Shown: positions 11,443 to 22,958 of the stretch, piece by piece
Position numbering within the stretch: the first letter of the stretch is position 1
Layout of the letters: the number at the start of each line of letters is the position of its first letter
The notes under the pieces: model-generated
The model's database searches: none
Told to the model about the DNA's origin: nothing
The model's input: only the letters and a program-made list of their open reading frames with translations
Translations under genes and position numbers: made by a program
Origin: Amphiscolops sp. MND2022
Lineage: Eukaryota
Length of the DNA stretch: 64,000 nucleotides
NCBI GenBank assembly: GCA_964187785.1
Contig: OZ076410.1
Coordinates: forward strand, 20,274,001-20,338,000
Direction of reading: 5' to 3'

Positions 11443-14400
11443 TTAGGAAAGATTGGGAGAATCCGGGGACGGGAGAACGGGTGCGAGTTTGACGATGGGT
11501 CGAACTAAGTTTCCTGTTGCTGTTTTCAGTTCTGCAGAGCGGGCGACTGAGTCGGTTCCGTAGTTCAACTTAACCACTCGCGCAAGTGGGTAATGTCCTC
11601 GTGGACTCGTCGGTTCGACAATCCAGACGAGGTCTCCGGTGATGAGATCTCGCTCTGGTGGAGCCGACCACTTTGAACGACGGTTAAGTGAAGGGACGTA
11701 CTCTCTTAACCAGCGTTCCCAAATAGCATCAGAATATGCTTGAGCACGGACGTAACGCTTACGGTGGTCAATGTCAGCACGTTGGTGAGATGGCATCGTG
11801 GAACCCGCGGTTCCCAACAGGAAGTGATTAGGTGTTAGAGCGTCTAAATCCGTGGCGTCTGAACTTGCAGGTACGAGTGGGCGGGAATTGAGACTCTGCT
11901 CGACTAAACAAAACGTAGTTGTCAAAATCTCATCTGTTAGTCGCCGGTTTCCAAGAATCGCGTAGAAGATGTGTTTAAAACTCCTTACAATACGTTCCCA
12001 GACACCTCCATGGTGGGGAGCACTTGGAGGATTAAACTTCCATTGGATCCGTTTTTTGACGAGCGTTTCCGACAAGGTTTGTTGGTTCCAAGCTGCTACG
12101 TTTTGTAACAATTCCTTTTCGCTGGCAACGAAATTTGTTCCATTGTCAGACCACAAGACAGATGGAGTGCCCCGGCGGGCAGCGAAGCGCTCTATTCCCA
12201 TCACACAACTACTAGTGTCCATGGTAGGGACAACTTCGAAGTGAACGGCTCTAGTAGTAAGACAGGTGAAAAGGAAACCCCATCGTTTCTCTGTTGACCT
12301 TTTAACAGAAACGTAGAAAGGTCCGAAGTAGTCGATGCCAGTATTAGTGAAAGGAGGTTCTCTGTAAGCTAGTCTTTCGCGGGGAAGATCTGCCATTATC
12401 GGATTGATTGTATTAGCTCGTCGTTTCCGGCATGTAACACACTTCGAGACAACTGTTCGCAGGGATGCTCTAAGTTTGACGATAGCGAACTGTTGTTGCA
12501 CTAGCGCCCTCAAATAGTCAATACCTTGATGACAGTGTGTTTGATGGAGATGTTCTAAGAAAAGCCGGATAACAGGATGTCGGCTGTCGAGTAGAACTGG
12601 GTGTTTGGCATCAAAGTTGGACACTTCGAGTCGTTTCGTTCGACCGGTTGCTCGCAAGAGGCCTTGAGGCCCAATGAAGGGGGAAAATTGAAGGATTTTG
12701 GAAGTACTGTTGAGTGGAGATCCTTTCAACAGACTCGTCTTCTCTGTAGGAAAAGACTCATGTTGCACGAGGTAGAAAAGTCTACATTGAGCATTCTCTA
12801 GTTCTTGGGGATCAGTGACAGAGCCCGAAATGGAACGGTATCCTTCGTTTTTCGGCAGTAAGCGCAAAGCGTAGGCAACAACGCGCAGGAGTTTCTCGTA
12901 CGAGCTATACTTCTGCCACTCGAAAGTTGATGCGATGCTAGCTACTGTTGCACTTAATGCAGTGTCAGTTTCGAAAGTAGTGTAATTGGTTTCATGAAGC
13001 TCTGTCGTTTTTGCTTTCAGTTTGAATTTCACGTTTGTTGGTGGTACAAATGGCCAGTCGGGAGTTTTCAGAAACGAAGGTCCGGTGAGCCAAGGGCTGT
13101 CGCGAAGTGACTTGGCACAAATTCCGCGTGTCCCAGCATCTGCCGGGTTATCACTTGACTTCACATAGTTCCATTCGTCTACCGTACTGAGTTCTAGGAT
13201 TTCTGCTACACGGTTTGTAACAAAGACTGGCTGCTTTTCTAACGAGTTGAGCCAATGCAGGACCGTCGTGCTGTCAGTCCACATGAAAATCTTGTCAATT
13301 TTTAACGTGAGGGCATTTTGAATTTCTTTTCGAAGTCGTGCGGCGAGTAATGAGGCCTGTAACTCGAGCTTGGGAATCGTGAGGGCTTTCATAGGTGCCA
13401 CTCTAGCCTTTCCGAAGACGAAAGCTAGTTCCGTACTGGTCCGGTTAGCAGCGGTTACCTTTCCTCGTAAAAAGGCGACGGCGCTAAAAACATCTTGTGA
13501 GCTATCACCAAACATGTGAAGCTCCATTGATTCCACACGTCCTTCGAAGTAGCTCCTTGGTATTTCAATTTCGCCCAACATTGTTAACTCTTCACTCCAT
13601 TCAATGAACTTGGTTACAATCTCATCTGGTAGGTCATCGTCCCATTGTTGACCACTTAGTCTCCAGATGTCTTTCAACAATAACCTCGCTTGAACGGTGT
13701 AGGGAGCCACGAGGCCAATTGAGTCGTACACCGCTGAAACTAAGCTCAACACTACCCTTTGTGTTATCTTTTTCGTGGTGTCTGGACTTGTGCCTCGACT
13801 CACTACAAGGGTATCAGATGAGTGATTCCATTTGAGTCCCAAAACGTGTGAACACTCTTCAGCGCTTGGTATTTCTTTTTCTTGATTCGATGTGAGGTCT
13901 GGTTCGAGCTTGGTTGGCAGCTGGCTCACGTTAGAAACGAATTTGGTTAACTTGAACCCGCCTTTTGAAAGTAGTTTTACTAGGTCCTTCGCTTTGTTGC
14001 TGGCATCTTCCACGGTAGGACTTGATTCCAGGTAGTCGTCCATGTAGAAGCTTCGACGGACACTTTGAGCTGCTTGCGGAAAATCGCTTTGATTGTCGGT
14101 ACCGGTGCGTTTCAAGGCGTAGTTGGCGCACGTAGGCGAGTCTTTGGAGCCAAAGATATGCCGGGTGTATTGGTATACAGCTATTTCGGAAGCTGGGTCT
14201 TCCCGCCACAGGAAACGAAGTGACGGTCGGTCGCGTGGAATAACTCCAACTTGGAGAAACATTCCTTCTATGTCGGCGGAAACAGCATACTTGAACTGTC
14301 GAAAACGGATTAGGATGTGGATTAAACTTTGTAGCAAATCCGGTCCAGTTAACAAGGCGTTGTTCAGGGATTTACTTTGAAATTTTGCTGCCCCGTTCAA

Positions 14401-17400
14401 AACTCTGCGGACTTTGCCAGGTTTATGTGGGTGGACAACTGGGTGGTGCGGCAGATACCACTCGCGAGGGTTGTCCACTTTGAAGCAGTCTGTTTTGTCG
14501 ATTTTCTCAATGTACCCTTTCTCCAAGTCGTCTTGGATTGTTTTACCGTAGTGTTGTTTCAACTCGGGGTCTTTGCTGAAACGCCGTTCCAGTGATTTTA
14601 GCTGTACCAGGGCAGAAAAGTAGTTATTCGGCAAGCTACTTCCGTCTTCTGCCCACAACATTCCCACTTGGTACCGGCAACCATCGTGGTACGTTGTTTC
14701 GTCAAGTATTTTCGACGCCCTCGCGTCGGCAGCGGAGCGCGAATCTGCTTGTTTGTACGTTCCGTACGATTCCATATAGTACCAGCTACGTAGTTGGTCA
14801 ACAAGTTCGGTATCCAATTGTTTGTCACAAGTAACAGCTTTAAAACATGTTGAATAGAAACCCGAGGTCGACGGTAGTGGCCCACTCAAAACCCAGCCCA
14901 ATGGTAGACGGACGGCAACTGGAGTATTTTTGCGGTCGGAATCAAAATACTCCAGCGGGCGGATCGAGTGAAACACATCCTGACCAAGGATCATTTCCAC
15001 ATCAGCGTAACTGTACTTTTTCAAAGCGATTGGTTCGAGGTGTGGGTACTTTGTTTTCAAAAAATCGACGTCAATGAAGTCAGTTCCAACACTAAGGTCC
15101 TCCTTGACGTACGGTTTTACAACAAAGGGCGAGCAAGAGCCACCTGAATGAACGGGTGTCAACTTAAGCTCTACCATTTGTGTGTCAACAACTTGGTTAG
15201 AATTAATCCCGTGGACGGTGAGTTGGGTTGGTTTGCCATTAACATTCAACTTTTTTGCCAGATTCGCGGAGATCCAGGAATGGCTGCAGGCAGAATCACA
15301 CAGCGCTAAAACTTTTTCCGACTTAACATGTGACTGAAGTTCGGCTTCCGTTACTTGTAGTAATCCTTTGACATCTGTGACGGAAGGCATGCCTGAGCTT
15401 TCTTCTGGTTTCTCGCTGTTTATCGATGTGCCAATGCAACCAGATGTTTCGGGTTTTACTTTGCTGCTACTGACAATATTCTTTGTGAAAATCCGCTCAG
15501 CTCCGTGCAAGAAGGTGTTGTGTGAGCTTTCACATCCATCTTTGGTGCACTTGCGGGGCTGTGGACACTGTCGGAACGAGTGATTGGGTTGGAAGCACGA
15601 AAAACAAAGCTTGTTGTCCGCCACAATTCTTGCTCTTTCCGTGGGTGTCTTTTTTCTGAAAACTGGACATCTCCACAACGGATGTTTGTCTTTACAGGCG
15701 ACACAGTTTGACAGTTGTTCCACTTTACTCTTCGAATTCGAACGTTGTTGGCTAGACGAGGCTGTCGAGGCAAAAACTTTGGAGACAGTTTTAGTCTTGG
15801 TTGCAGTGATGGTACTGTCTTCGGTTTTTGGCTTGAGGGACGCTGACTTCATGCGCTCGTGCGCTTCAGCCTTATCTTTTAGCCAGTCGTTGAAATCGAT
15901 CAGTGTTGGCCTGTCCAATGTTCGCTTCACCGTGTGCATTGACCATGCTTCTTTCATATTCGGTGGAAGCTTTTGCACCGCTTGTCCCAGCAGTGATGCA
16001 CTGGATAGATCTTGAAGGTAATTCAAAGAGCGGAAGACTCCGACTAAAGAACAGATGGTCGCCGAGTAACTGATGATGTTCTCACTGTTGTGCATCTTTA
16101 GAGGTGGGAAGTTCGATATCTTGTCGAGGTACGCAGTTACTACAGTCTGGGGCTGGCCGAATTTTCGCTCTAAAGCCTTTAACGCGTCTTTATACATTGC
16201 TCCACAGTAAGCGAATTCGGAAATAGCCGTCTTGGCTTTACCTGTTACGAGGGTCTTCAGGTATGTTAGCTTGACATCGTCTGTTAGTGGGGCCGAATCG
16301 ATAGCGCTTTTGAATTGGCCGAACCACTCGTGCCACTGTAGCGGATCGCCACTGTATTGCGCTAACTTCCACTCGGGCAGATGGTCTTTCTTCGTTGAAG
16401 CTAACAAAAGCGCAAGATCTTGAAGAGAAAACCCAGTTGTACTTGGTTGCTGTATCAACGTGGTTCCTGCAGGCACAAACGTTGGAGCGGTTGGACTCAA
16501 AGTCGTGGTTGGTTGCGTTGTGGTAGTATATACAGTGGGGTTACTAAGAGTTGTCAGCGGAACATAATACACAGCTCCCCCACGCGTAACGGGTATTGAT
16601 GGTACGCTGCTGACCGGTGTGATAGCTACAGGAATGGTAGACACACTTGTGGGAGGTGTCTGGGGTGAAGCTGTTGTAACAATTGGTGTCGGATTAATGG
16701 TCGGGTTAGGGAATGTCCATGCGGATAAGTTCGGTAGGAGGTGGTTCACCGGCATTGTGAACGTTGGCATCCTTGGCGGTACCAATGGCGGCTGCGGGAC
16801 GTGTGAGAAAGTACTGGTTGCCTGGAGAATAGGCAACTGTTGTGAAATGACCGATGTTGATGGTCCGGGGACTGGCACGGTAGGTTCCGTAGGTGTAAGT
16901 GATGTTACTGCCTGTGCTACAGCATTAGGACCCACGGTTGGCACCGGGACATCTGTTGTTGGGACACCAACTGCTGTTGGCGCTTGGTTTGTACCGTCCG
17001 GTGTCATGGTAGTTGGATCAGCATTACCCAGTGGCGGAAGCGAAGATGTCACTGCGGTAGTAGTAGCAATCGACGTTGCAATGCCAATGGGAACCACTGC
17101 TTGCGGTTGGTTATTGTTGATAGTAACAACCGGGGAGTTGTTGATCCATTCGTTTATCCTTTGATTCTCGTTGGCTGCGCTTGTACCACTCAGTCGTGAC
17201 AAAGTTTCGTGCAAATCCTCGTTGGCTTCGGAAAGATCATCTTGGAGTTCCAACTCCACAAGGTGAGCTGCTGCCAGTCGTTTCCGGTTTTCTTCTTGTA
17301 GCTGCTCTAATTCGAGCTCTTGCTTCTGCTTAGCTAGTCGTAAAGCGGCTTCGTTCTGCCTTTCTACCTCTTCTCGCTTATGCTGAGCAATAAGCAATTC

Positions 17401-17826
17401 GCGTTGTCTTTGACTGGAGGACTTAGATACCTTGCTACTAGAAGCTTTACTGGATTTCACCTTTTTTGAAGTCCTAGCTGAAGATTGTGATGACCGTTCA
17501 ACGTTAGGGCACTGGTCTATATACTCCCTTGCACTCCTGAGAATTTCATCGTTTTGAACAGTGGTGTCATTCAGCCACTTTTCCAAATCGGCTTTTACAG
17601 ATGCAGGGTCACTTGTTTTCTTAGCAAGTTCGAGGAGCAGTTCATTCTTGGCGAACGCTTTAGTCAAGGCCTCTTCGCAGTGAGTGACCAACCGTTTTAC
17701 GCGGACGCGTCTCTCGGCATTGTTAACTGCTTCTGTGACTTCTCTTTGAGTTTTGTTCAGGTCGGCCTCGGCTTTCGCACGACTTTCAAACAACTTTTGT
17801 ACTTTCTCGTGAACGGGGTCAGACAT
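11443..17826 (-). CDS. BEL/Pao Gag-Pol polyprotein, 2127 aa (Gag with three Cys-His knuckles, aspartic protease, RT, RNase H, integrase)
   Basis: KKDHLPEWKLAQYSGD (DUF1759-type gag); CVACKDKHPLWRC, CFSCFQPNHSFRQC and CTKDGCESSHNTFLH knuckles; LCDSAC protease; FYMDDY RT; HMFGDSS RNase H; HLHQTHCH...CVTC zinc finger; GIDYFGP / WSDNG / VWERI integrase DDE. The order PR-RT-RH-IN is typical of BEL. Confidence 0.97.
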   Translation of the reverse strand: MSDPVHEKVQKLFESRAKAEADLNKTQREVTEAVNNAERRVRVKRLVTHCEEALTKAFAKNELLLELAKKTSDPASVKADLEKWLNDTTVQNDEILRSAREYIDQCPNVERSSQSSARTSKKVKSSKASSSKVSKSSSQRQRELLIAQHKREEVERQNEAALRLAKQKQELELEQLQEENRKRLAAAHLVELELQDDLSEANEDLHETLSRLSGTSAANENQRINEWINNSPVVTINNNQPQAVVPIGIATSIATTTAVTSSLPPLGNADPTTMTPDGTNQAPTAVGVPTTDVPVPTVGPNAVAQAVTSLTPTEPTVPVPGPSTSVISQQLPILQATSTFSHVPQPPLVPPRMPTFTMPVNHLLPNLSAWTFPNPTINPTPIVTTASPQTPPTSVSTIPVAITPVSSVPSIPVTRGGAVYYVPLTTLSNPTVYTTTTQPTTTLSPTAPTFVPAGTTLIQQPSTTGFSLQDLALLLASTKKDHLPEWKLAQYSGDPLQWHEWFGQFKSAIDSAPLTDDVKLTYLKTLVTGKAKTAISEFAYCGAMYKDALKALERKFGQPQTVVTAYLDKISNFPPLKMHNSENIISYSATICSLVGVFRSLNYLQDLSSASLLGQAVQKLPPNMKEAWSMHTVKRTLDRPTLIDFNDWLKDKAEAHERMKSASLKPKTEDSTITATKTKTVSKVFASTASSSQQRSNSKSKVEQLSNCVACKDKHPLWRCPVFRKKTPTERARIVADNKLCFSCFQPNHSFRQCPQPRKCTKDGCESSHNTFLHGAERIFTKNIVSSSKVKPETSGCIGTSINSEKPEESSGMPSVTDVKGLLQVTEAELQSHVKSEKVLALCDSACSHSWISANLAKKLNVNGKPTQLTVHGINSNQVVDTQMVELKLTPVHSGGSCSPFVVKPYVKEDLSVGTDFIDVDFLKTKYPHLEPIALKKYSYADVEMILGQDVFHSIRPLEYFDSDRKNTPVAVRLPLGWVLSGPLPSTSGFYSTCFKAVTCDKQLDTELVDQLRSWYYMESYGTYKQADSRSAADARASKILDETTYHDGCRYQVGMLWAEDGSSLPNNYFSALVQLKSLERRFSKDPELKQHYGKTIQDDLEKGYIEKIDKTDCFKVDNPREWYLPHHPVVHPHKPGKVRRVLNGAAKFQSKSLNNALLTGPDLLQSLIHILIRFRQFKYAVSADIEGMFLQVGVIPRDRPSLRFLWREDPASEIAVYQYTRHIFGSKDSPTCANYALKRTGTDNQSDFPQAAQSVRRSFYMDDYLESSPTVEDASNKAKDLVKLLSKGGFKLTKFVSNVSQLPTKLEPDLTSNQEKEIPSAEECSHVLGLKWNHSSDTLVVSRGTSPDTTKKITQRVVLSLVSAVYDSIGLVAPYTVQARLLLKDIWRLSGQQWDDDLPDEIVTKFIEWSEELTMLGEIEIPRSYFEGRVESMELHMFGDSSQDVFSAVAFLRGKVTAANRTSTELAFVFGKARVAPMKALTIPKLELQASLLAARLRKEIQNALTLKIDKIFMWTDSTTVLHWLNSLEKQPVFVTNRVAEILELSTVDEWNYVKSSDNPADAGTRGICAKSLRDSPWLTGPSFLKTPDWPFVPPTNVKFKLKAKTTELHETNYTTFETDTALSATVASIASTFEWQKYSSYEKLLRVVAYALRLLPKNEGYRSISGSVTDPQELENAQCRLFYLVQHESFPTEKTSLLKGSPLNSTSKILQFSPFIGPQGLLRATGRTKRLEVSNFDAKHPVLLDSRHPVIRLFLEHLHQTHCHQGIDYLRALVQQQFAIVKLRASLRTVVSKCVTCRKRRANTINPIMADLPRERLAYREPPFTNTGIDYFGPFYVSVKRSTEKRWGFLFTCLTTRAVHFEVVPTMDTSSCVMGIERFAARRGTPSVLWSDNGTNFVASEKELLQNVAAWNQQTLSETLVKKRIQWKFNPPSAPHHGGVWERIVRSFKHIFYAILGNRRLTDEILTTTFCLVEQSLNSRPLVPASSDATDLDALTPNHFLLGTAGSTMPSHQRADIDHRKRYVRAQAYSDAIWERWLREYVPSLNRRSKWSAPPERDLITGDLVWIVEPTSPRGHYPLARVVKLNYGTDSVARSAELKTATGNLVRPIVKLAPVLPSPDSPNLS

Positions 17827-18239
17827 GATATTGTCGAAAGTGGGAATCGGTAAATGTTTGTACTTTTCCCGACGTCAACCAAACAATTAAGTTTGGACAC
17901 AGTTCAAGAAAAGGTTTAGTGGCGAGGAATACGGTGTCAAGCAGTGACAGCACGGTGTTTGTACAGTGCTTAGAGAAAGAAACTGGCGGTTATTTTTGGT
18001 TTTAAGTTAAAAGTAGTCACAGACTACATGGACGCAACACGATGAACTCAAAGTCGCGTTGAAGAAACGCGGTCTCAGTTAAGAGTGGAGCGGGCGAAGT
18101 ACGAAACGTTTTTTCAGAGTATCAACCAATCATTCAAGACTGGACGCAACTCTGAAAAAGGGGGATGAGCTGAAGAGACTTCAACCGATCAGTGAAGTTC
18201 GGACACTATCTCAACAGCTAGAAGAAGCGGGGGGGGTTA

Positions 18240-18845
18240 TTAAGACGAAGGCAGCGAGGAAGCCTTCTTTATAGCTTTACGTGCACGCTTGCTGGGCCTT
18301 TTGGGGCGACTTTTGTCAGTTATTGCAGACAGTTGATTCTCTTTCCGCAGGAAAAAATCTAAATTTTTCAGCTCAAGCTCTGGGCTCTGATGCAGCGCCT
18401 TGAAATTTTTGAGAAACTCGGGATCCTTTTGTTTTTTCACAGATACAAAATCTTTGACGATGCTGAACACTTTGATACAATGATCAGTTTGCAATACTTT
18501 CAATTCTTCGAAAATGTACGGAGTGCGGTTACGTTGGCAATACACCAGAGCACAAAGCTTGTCTTGAAGATTTTTTACGATTTCAATCAAATCCAACTCA
18601 GATAAAGCACGAAAATTATTGCTATCGTGTTTTGAAATACTATTGTTCAGAACATCGTGCCAAATTACAATGTCTTTCAGGTCTTTTGAAAGTAAGTTCT
18701 GAACGATCTTTCTGGGATTTTTTGTATTTGGATTCAGACTCAGACCCGGGATGGTATAGATTTTATCTTTAAAATGTTCTTTTTCATCGGGAGTTAACGT
18801 TTCTATTGCATGGTGCAAAGAACTAGCGGCCAATATGAAAACCAT
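18240..18845 (-). CDS. Extra 201-aa ORF upstream of gag-pol; SGNH/GDSL hydrolase-like fold with basic C-terminal tail
   Basis: Motif spacing resembles SGNH blocks: ILAASSL (I), YTIPG (II), IVIWHDVLNNS (III), FKALHQS (V). Ends SRPKRPSKRARKAIKK (NLS-like). Lies inside the TSD-bounded element on the same strand as gag-pol. The fold call is by eye. Confidence 0.6.
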   Translation of the reverse strand: MVFILAASSLHHAIETLTPDEKEHFKDKIYTIPGLSLNPNTKNPRKIVQNLLSKDLKDIVIWHDVLNNSISKHDSNNFRALSELDLIEIVKNLQDKLCALVYCQRNRTPYIFEELKVLQTDHCIKVFSIVKDFVSVKKQKDPEFLKNFKALHQSPELELKNLDFFLRKENQLSAITDKSRPKRPSKRARKAIKKASSLPSS

Positions 18846-19662
18846 GCGTGTTTCTCAATATGATATTTTTTTTCACAACGTTGAATAAACAAAAAAATCC
18901 TTAGACTGTTTTTTTTCAGCAACACGGATACCAATATAAGGACTCAACAGATTTTCAACATTTTTATATTTTGGAACAAAGTTACATTGAAATTTCGGGG
19001 CTCAAAATAACTAGGTTTTGTTTTCACTGATTTGCTATCTCGAAGAAAAAAAACAATGAATGGATTTTACATGTCTTTTGTTTTTCAATTACTCACGACC
19101 GTAATGCTTCATCGGCACCGTTTCGGGGTTTGACCGGCTGGGTAAACTCATCGGTGGGTTCTTGAGAAGGGAGCTGATAGCGTTTCTTCAACTCTGTAGT
19201 CCCATTCCTCAATCAGAATGAATGTGGGCGATGACTTCTTCCTGCGAGGGCCCGTAACTTTGCCTCCCAATCGAAACGTCCTCAAGTCTTTCTCAAATCT
19301 CGTTTCGCACAGTCAATGTTCTGTTTGTTTATTGCTTTCCATTCGATAAGTAGGAAAGCAGGCCTCAATGAATGTGCTGGTGGTAAGAAGAAAGAGGTAA
19401 GAGTATTGCTGGTGACAGGAGCAACAATATTACAGCAATCTCGTCGGGCTTGTCTCGCAGTGGGGGATTGTTCCTTCGGTTCCTCTTCCTTCTGAGGCGG
19501 TTGGGGTAGCGATGTTCTTCTCTTTCTTCAGCCTCAGTAGTTACTTTCTTCCCTTTCCCGCTTCCTTCTACAAGGGATTCCCGCTTGTTCCCGCGACTGA
19601 TAAAGCTCTGCTTTTCGAGGGGGCTAGAAAATGTGTGTTCAAAATTATCGTTTTGACGTAAG

Positions 19663-19680
19663 ATCCTGGTCTGGACACCA
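19663..19680 (-). promoter_or_regulatory. Primer binding site TGGTGTCCAGACCAGGAT
   Basis: 18 nt immediately 3' of the 5' LTR, starts TGG (complement of tRNA CCA) and ends GGAT (T-arm). Cognate tRNA not identified. Confidence 0.85.
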
Positions 19681-20022
19681 TAAAGAAACTGTATATTCGA
19701 ATCGGCTAATAATACAGTCCGTTTGCAAAGAGTTTTTTGACCGCAGTATTAAAACATTCAAAGACATCAGTGAATAAATCAAAACAACTTGCAAAAGATC
19801 AATGTTGTTTACAAATATAATTAAACAAATTAAAGTTTCGAGATTGCAAATTATTTGAATGATATTTGAAAAATATATTTTACTATTTTCAGAAGTAGCA
19901 AATATTTGACGGTTTCGGGAATCGATCCGGTAACCTTCAAATTCCGAGTCCCATACTCTACCGACCGTGCTACGTTCACTTAATTTTGTTTGTTTTAATT
20001 CAACCATATTTGCTTTGCAACA
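19681..20022 (-). repeat. 5' LTR of intact BEL element
   Basis: Direct repeat of 10941-11282, followed by the PBS on the minus strand and flanked by TSD TTGTG. Confidence 0.97.
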
Positions 20023-21375
20023 TTGTGTTATCCTTGTTTTCTTACAAAAATAATGTTGCGTAATTCTACTTTCTTCAAAATTTCGAATATCCTCTATTAA
20101 AGAACTCGCCTCACTTTTAAAGCACAACTCTCCGATTTGATTACAACTCTATATGCTGACAACAACTCGATAATGGAATTCTTTGTTTAACAATAGCGCC
20201 ACTCATAAGTAATTTCATTCGGTTTTCGAAACTCAACACAAACTTCATTTATGGCAATCGCTTCCTCAAACACCCAAAATATATGTTAACAGAACAAAAA
20301 TTAAATCTGGAGTAACTAATTTCCATCTTTCTCTTCACGCATCTCCTAACTTTGAAAGTCTTCAATTTCGTATAACTCCTAATCACTCCCCATTTAAAAA
20401 AGATGACAGGAGTCTCAACTTTCTAGATCCAACCCGTTCGCATGCAACACGTATGCCACAACTTCCTAATATTGACGATTGCGCCAATGTATCAATACGA
20501 AATCCACCAGCTCTAGTATACATGTAAGCACACACCTATTTGGAACTACAACCCAAAATTTCAAGTGTTGTCTGGCTCAAATCACTACAAAGCAATCTTC
20601 AACACAAAGACTCCTCAATCATGCCCCTTTCACGTCTCAAATATCAAACACACTTTCATGAATACCTCCTCAGTTATTCAACCAAAAACCTATTCACCCA
20701 TACACATGTTTTTACGACACAATCACGATGAAACAATATACTCTTTCTTTCATCACTAATCAACCTGTCTCAATCACACCAACGTTACATCGAACTGCTC
20801 ATTTGTTACACAATTCGATTGATAACTACTACATGTATATGTAACTATTCATAACTGTTATAACTATTCATAATCCTCTACCATAATCGGGCGCATCCAA
20901 GTGCATTAGTTACGTTCGAAAATGGACCTCAACCACTTTACATTCAATCGTTTTTGAGCTGGTATGATCTTCATCCACATGTCTATAAAACTGATTGGTC
21001 CACTTTCAACAAGTTTCCAAAAATATATATGTCTTTCAAAAACATGTATACTACGCAAAATTGAAGACCTCTCTCTTGTTAAAAGGAAAAGGGATTTTTA
21101 TTTCTTTCCGCTCTTAAAGTTTAAATCTTGGTAACACAAGGACGGTACAATGTACATCACTATACAATTATTCTCTAATGCATTGAAAGATTTGTTCAAA
21201 GGCTTTCTAGAAAAGAAGACACTTTGCAAACAAAAAACTATTCAAATATTCATTAGGCTCATTTGAACTTTCGATTCCACTTCGTTAACGTGTTAACATG
21301 GTTGACTCCGAAGACATAACACCTGGGAATACCGAAACTCAAGATCGTTTTCCTGGAAATAACACTCTTTCCAAT

Positions 21376-22027
21376 TGTCATAACCATCTTCATCACTTTG
21401 ATTAGAATCCACAGAATTCTCTCTACGGTGATTTACCCGGTTACTACTCATCGCTACTAATCCGGAGAAGTCTTTCTGAACATCCTGAACCGCTTGGCTA
21501 ACATTTTCTGGATGCAGTTCATTTGACCGAAAGTCCCTGTGACGATGTACTTGACTAAAATTACTTGGATGCGGTCCATCTGACCAAAGGTCCAAATTTG
21601 TATTTTTGGCTGAATTTTGGCCTGCAAAAGCCTTTTTCATGCTCGGTAAGACCTTTTTCTCAAATGCAGTGTTAATTGCATCGAATATGCGCGTATTTAG
21701 GTCCATTTTCATTTCCCCAAGTTTTTTAGACATTTGTGAAGAAATTTCTGAACTAATTACTCTACTAGTTTCCACAGTCAAACCACTATTCTCACTGAGA
21801 TTATTGTTTAGGTAAGAACTGTATTAAATATCATTCTGGTTCAGTTTTTCATCTTGTCTATTTGACTTTATGTCTGCTTCCCTTTCACTATTCTCTTCTT
21901 GCACTTCGTTGTTATCTCTTCGATAACTTCCTAACATTACCTCGAGATTTTCAATATCTGACATTACGTCAGATTGTCTTGACTGTTTCTCTTTTGCTAT
22001 CTGCTTCCTAGTTGAAGGATCATTCAA
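21376..22027 (-). pseudogene. LTR-encoded Gag-leader-like ORF (~217 codons, one internal stop at 21824-21826)
   Basis: ORFs 21824-22027 and 21293-21781 are in the same frame, separated by a single TAA. The frame is open up to the LTR terminus (GAT GGT TAT GAC A|). The Gag assignment is by analogy with the 16-kb element. Confidence 0.65.
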
Positions 22028-22958
22028 GAGAGAAGTTCGATTTCAACAGTAAATTGTGAGAAATAACAAATTGAGCAGTATCTTGTATTGAGTGTAGTTA
22101 GCGTTAGAAAATAGTGATCCTCTTAGCAAGAAGTTCCGAGTATATATAATTACACCACCATGACACGCATACATTTGTGCGTCAGGTAGCTAAATTTACG
22201 TTCAAATCAGGCTAAATCTAGCTTTTACTCATTTATTAGGTCGTCAGGTTCTAAAAATAGATTGGGATACAAGACATTACGCCATTTTGGGAGGGGAGAT
22301 ATAAATAGCATCTACCAAGTACCGTGTTACCTTACATGTTAATAATTCTAGATTAAATCAACACTCTAGATTACATCATCAATAATTCTAGATTACATGT
22401 AGCGGCAGCATCAATTTTCAACAAAATAGCAATTCTGACCGAACGTCAGCGTGACTGCAATGGATGGCTCGTTCTGCATTCTGATTAGCTAAAAGATGTT
22501 AGGACCACGCGTCAACTTGGTTGCAAGATCAAGTTACTTGGGCACGTTTCCAATGTCTTAGCCTGTATCATAAGCTGGTAAAGCTCCTTTTAGACACATT
22601 TAGTGCTCACTTACACACTCATTGTACCGAAGTATATGCCGCACCATCAATGTTTTAAAGTTACTAAACTAATTACAAATGAAATGATAATAGTGCGATA
22701 TTCAAAATAGTTCAAGTAGTGAATTGCCGTCAAATGGACTTTTAGTCAAGACATTGAAATATCACTGCAAACAAATTGCCAATTTATTCTAATTTACACT
22801 AAATCGTATTAGAAATGAGACTTTACTCATCGAATAAGTGACGTAACACATAGTTTTTCAAGTGTTTCATATAGGTAGTACACCGGGTCCAGGGTTACTT
22901 TGATCGTATTCTGGGGCAATTTGATAATACATGCCATCACAGGCGGCGGCCTGCGACA
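21376..22958 (-). mobile_element. Solo LTR (1583 bp) of a Ty3/Gypsy family with LTR-encoded Gag leader
   Basis: Minus-strand termini TGTCGCAGG...TTATGACA, TSD CCAAT at 21371-21375 and 22959-22963. The ORF from 22027 runs to the LTR end. Confidence 0.85.

Larger units (their letters stand above)
10941..20022 (-). mobile_element. Intact full-length BEL/Pao LTR retrotransposon (9082 bp)
   Basis: 342-bp LTRs at 10941-11282 and 19681-20022 with 2 mismatches. 5-bp TSD TTGTG at 10936-10940 and 20023-20027. PBS, PPT and uninterrupted gag-pol are present. Confidence 0.97.

Noticed and set aside
16619-17164. 181-aa hydrophobic plus-strand ORF antisense to BEL gag (similarly 863-1159, 54269-54916, 25683-26087)
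   Set aside because: Shadow frames of Thr/Pro-rich or codon-biased coding sequence; no independent start context or motifs.
19000-19660. Second accessory ORF in the BEL leader
   Set aside because: Only short frames with stops; no ATG ORF over 60 aa.
20030-21370. Old retroelement coding remnants (also 23000-23700, 27150-27850, 63360-63950)
   Set aside because: Suggestive fragments, but too decayed to assign a family or boundaries without alignment tools.
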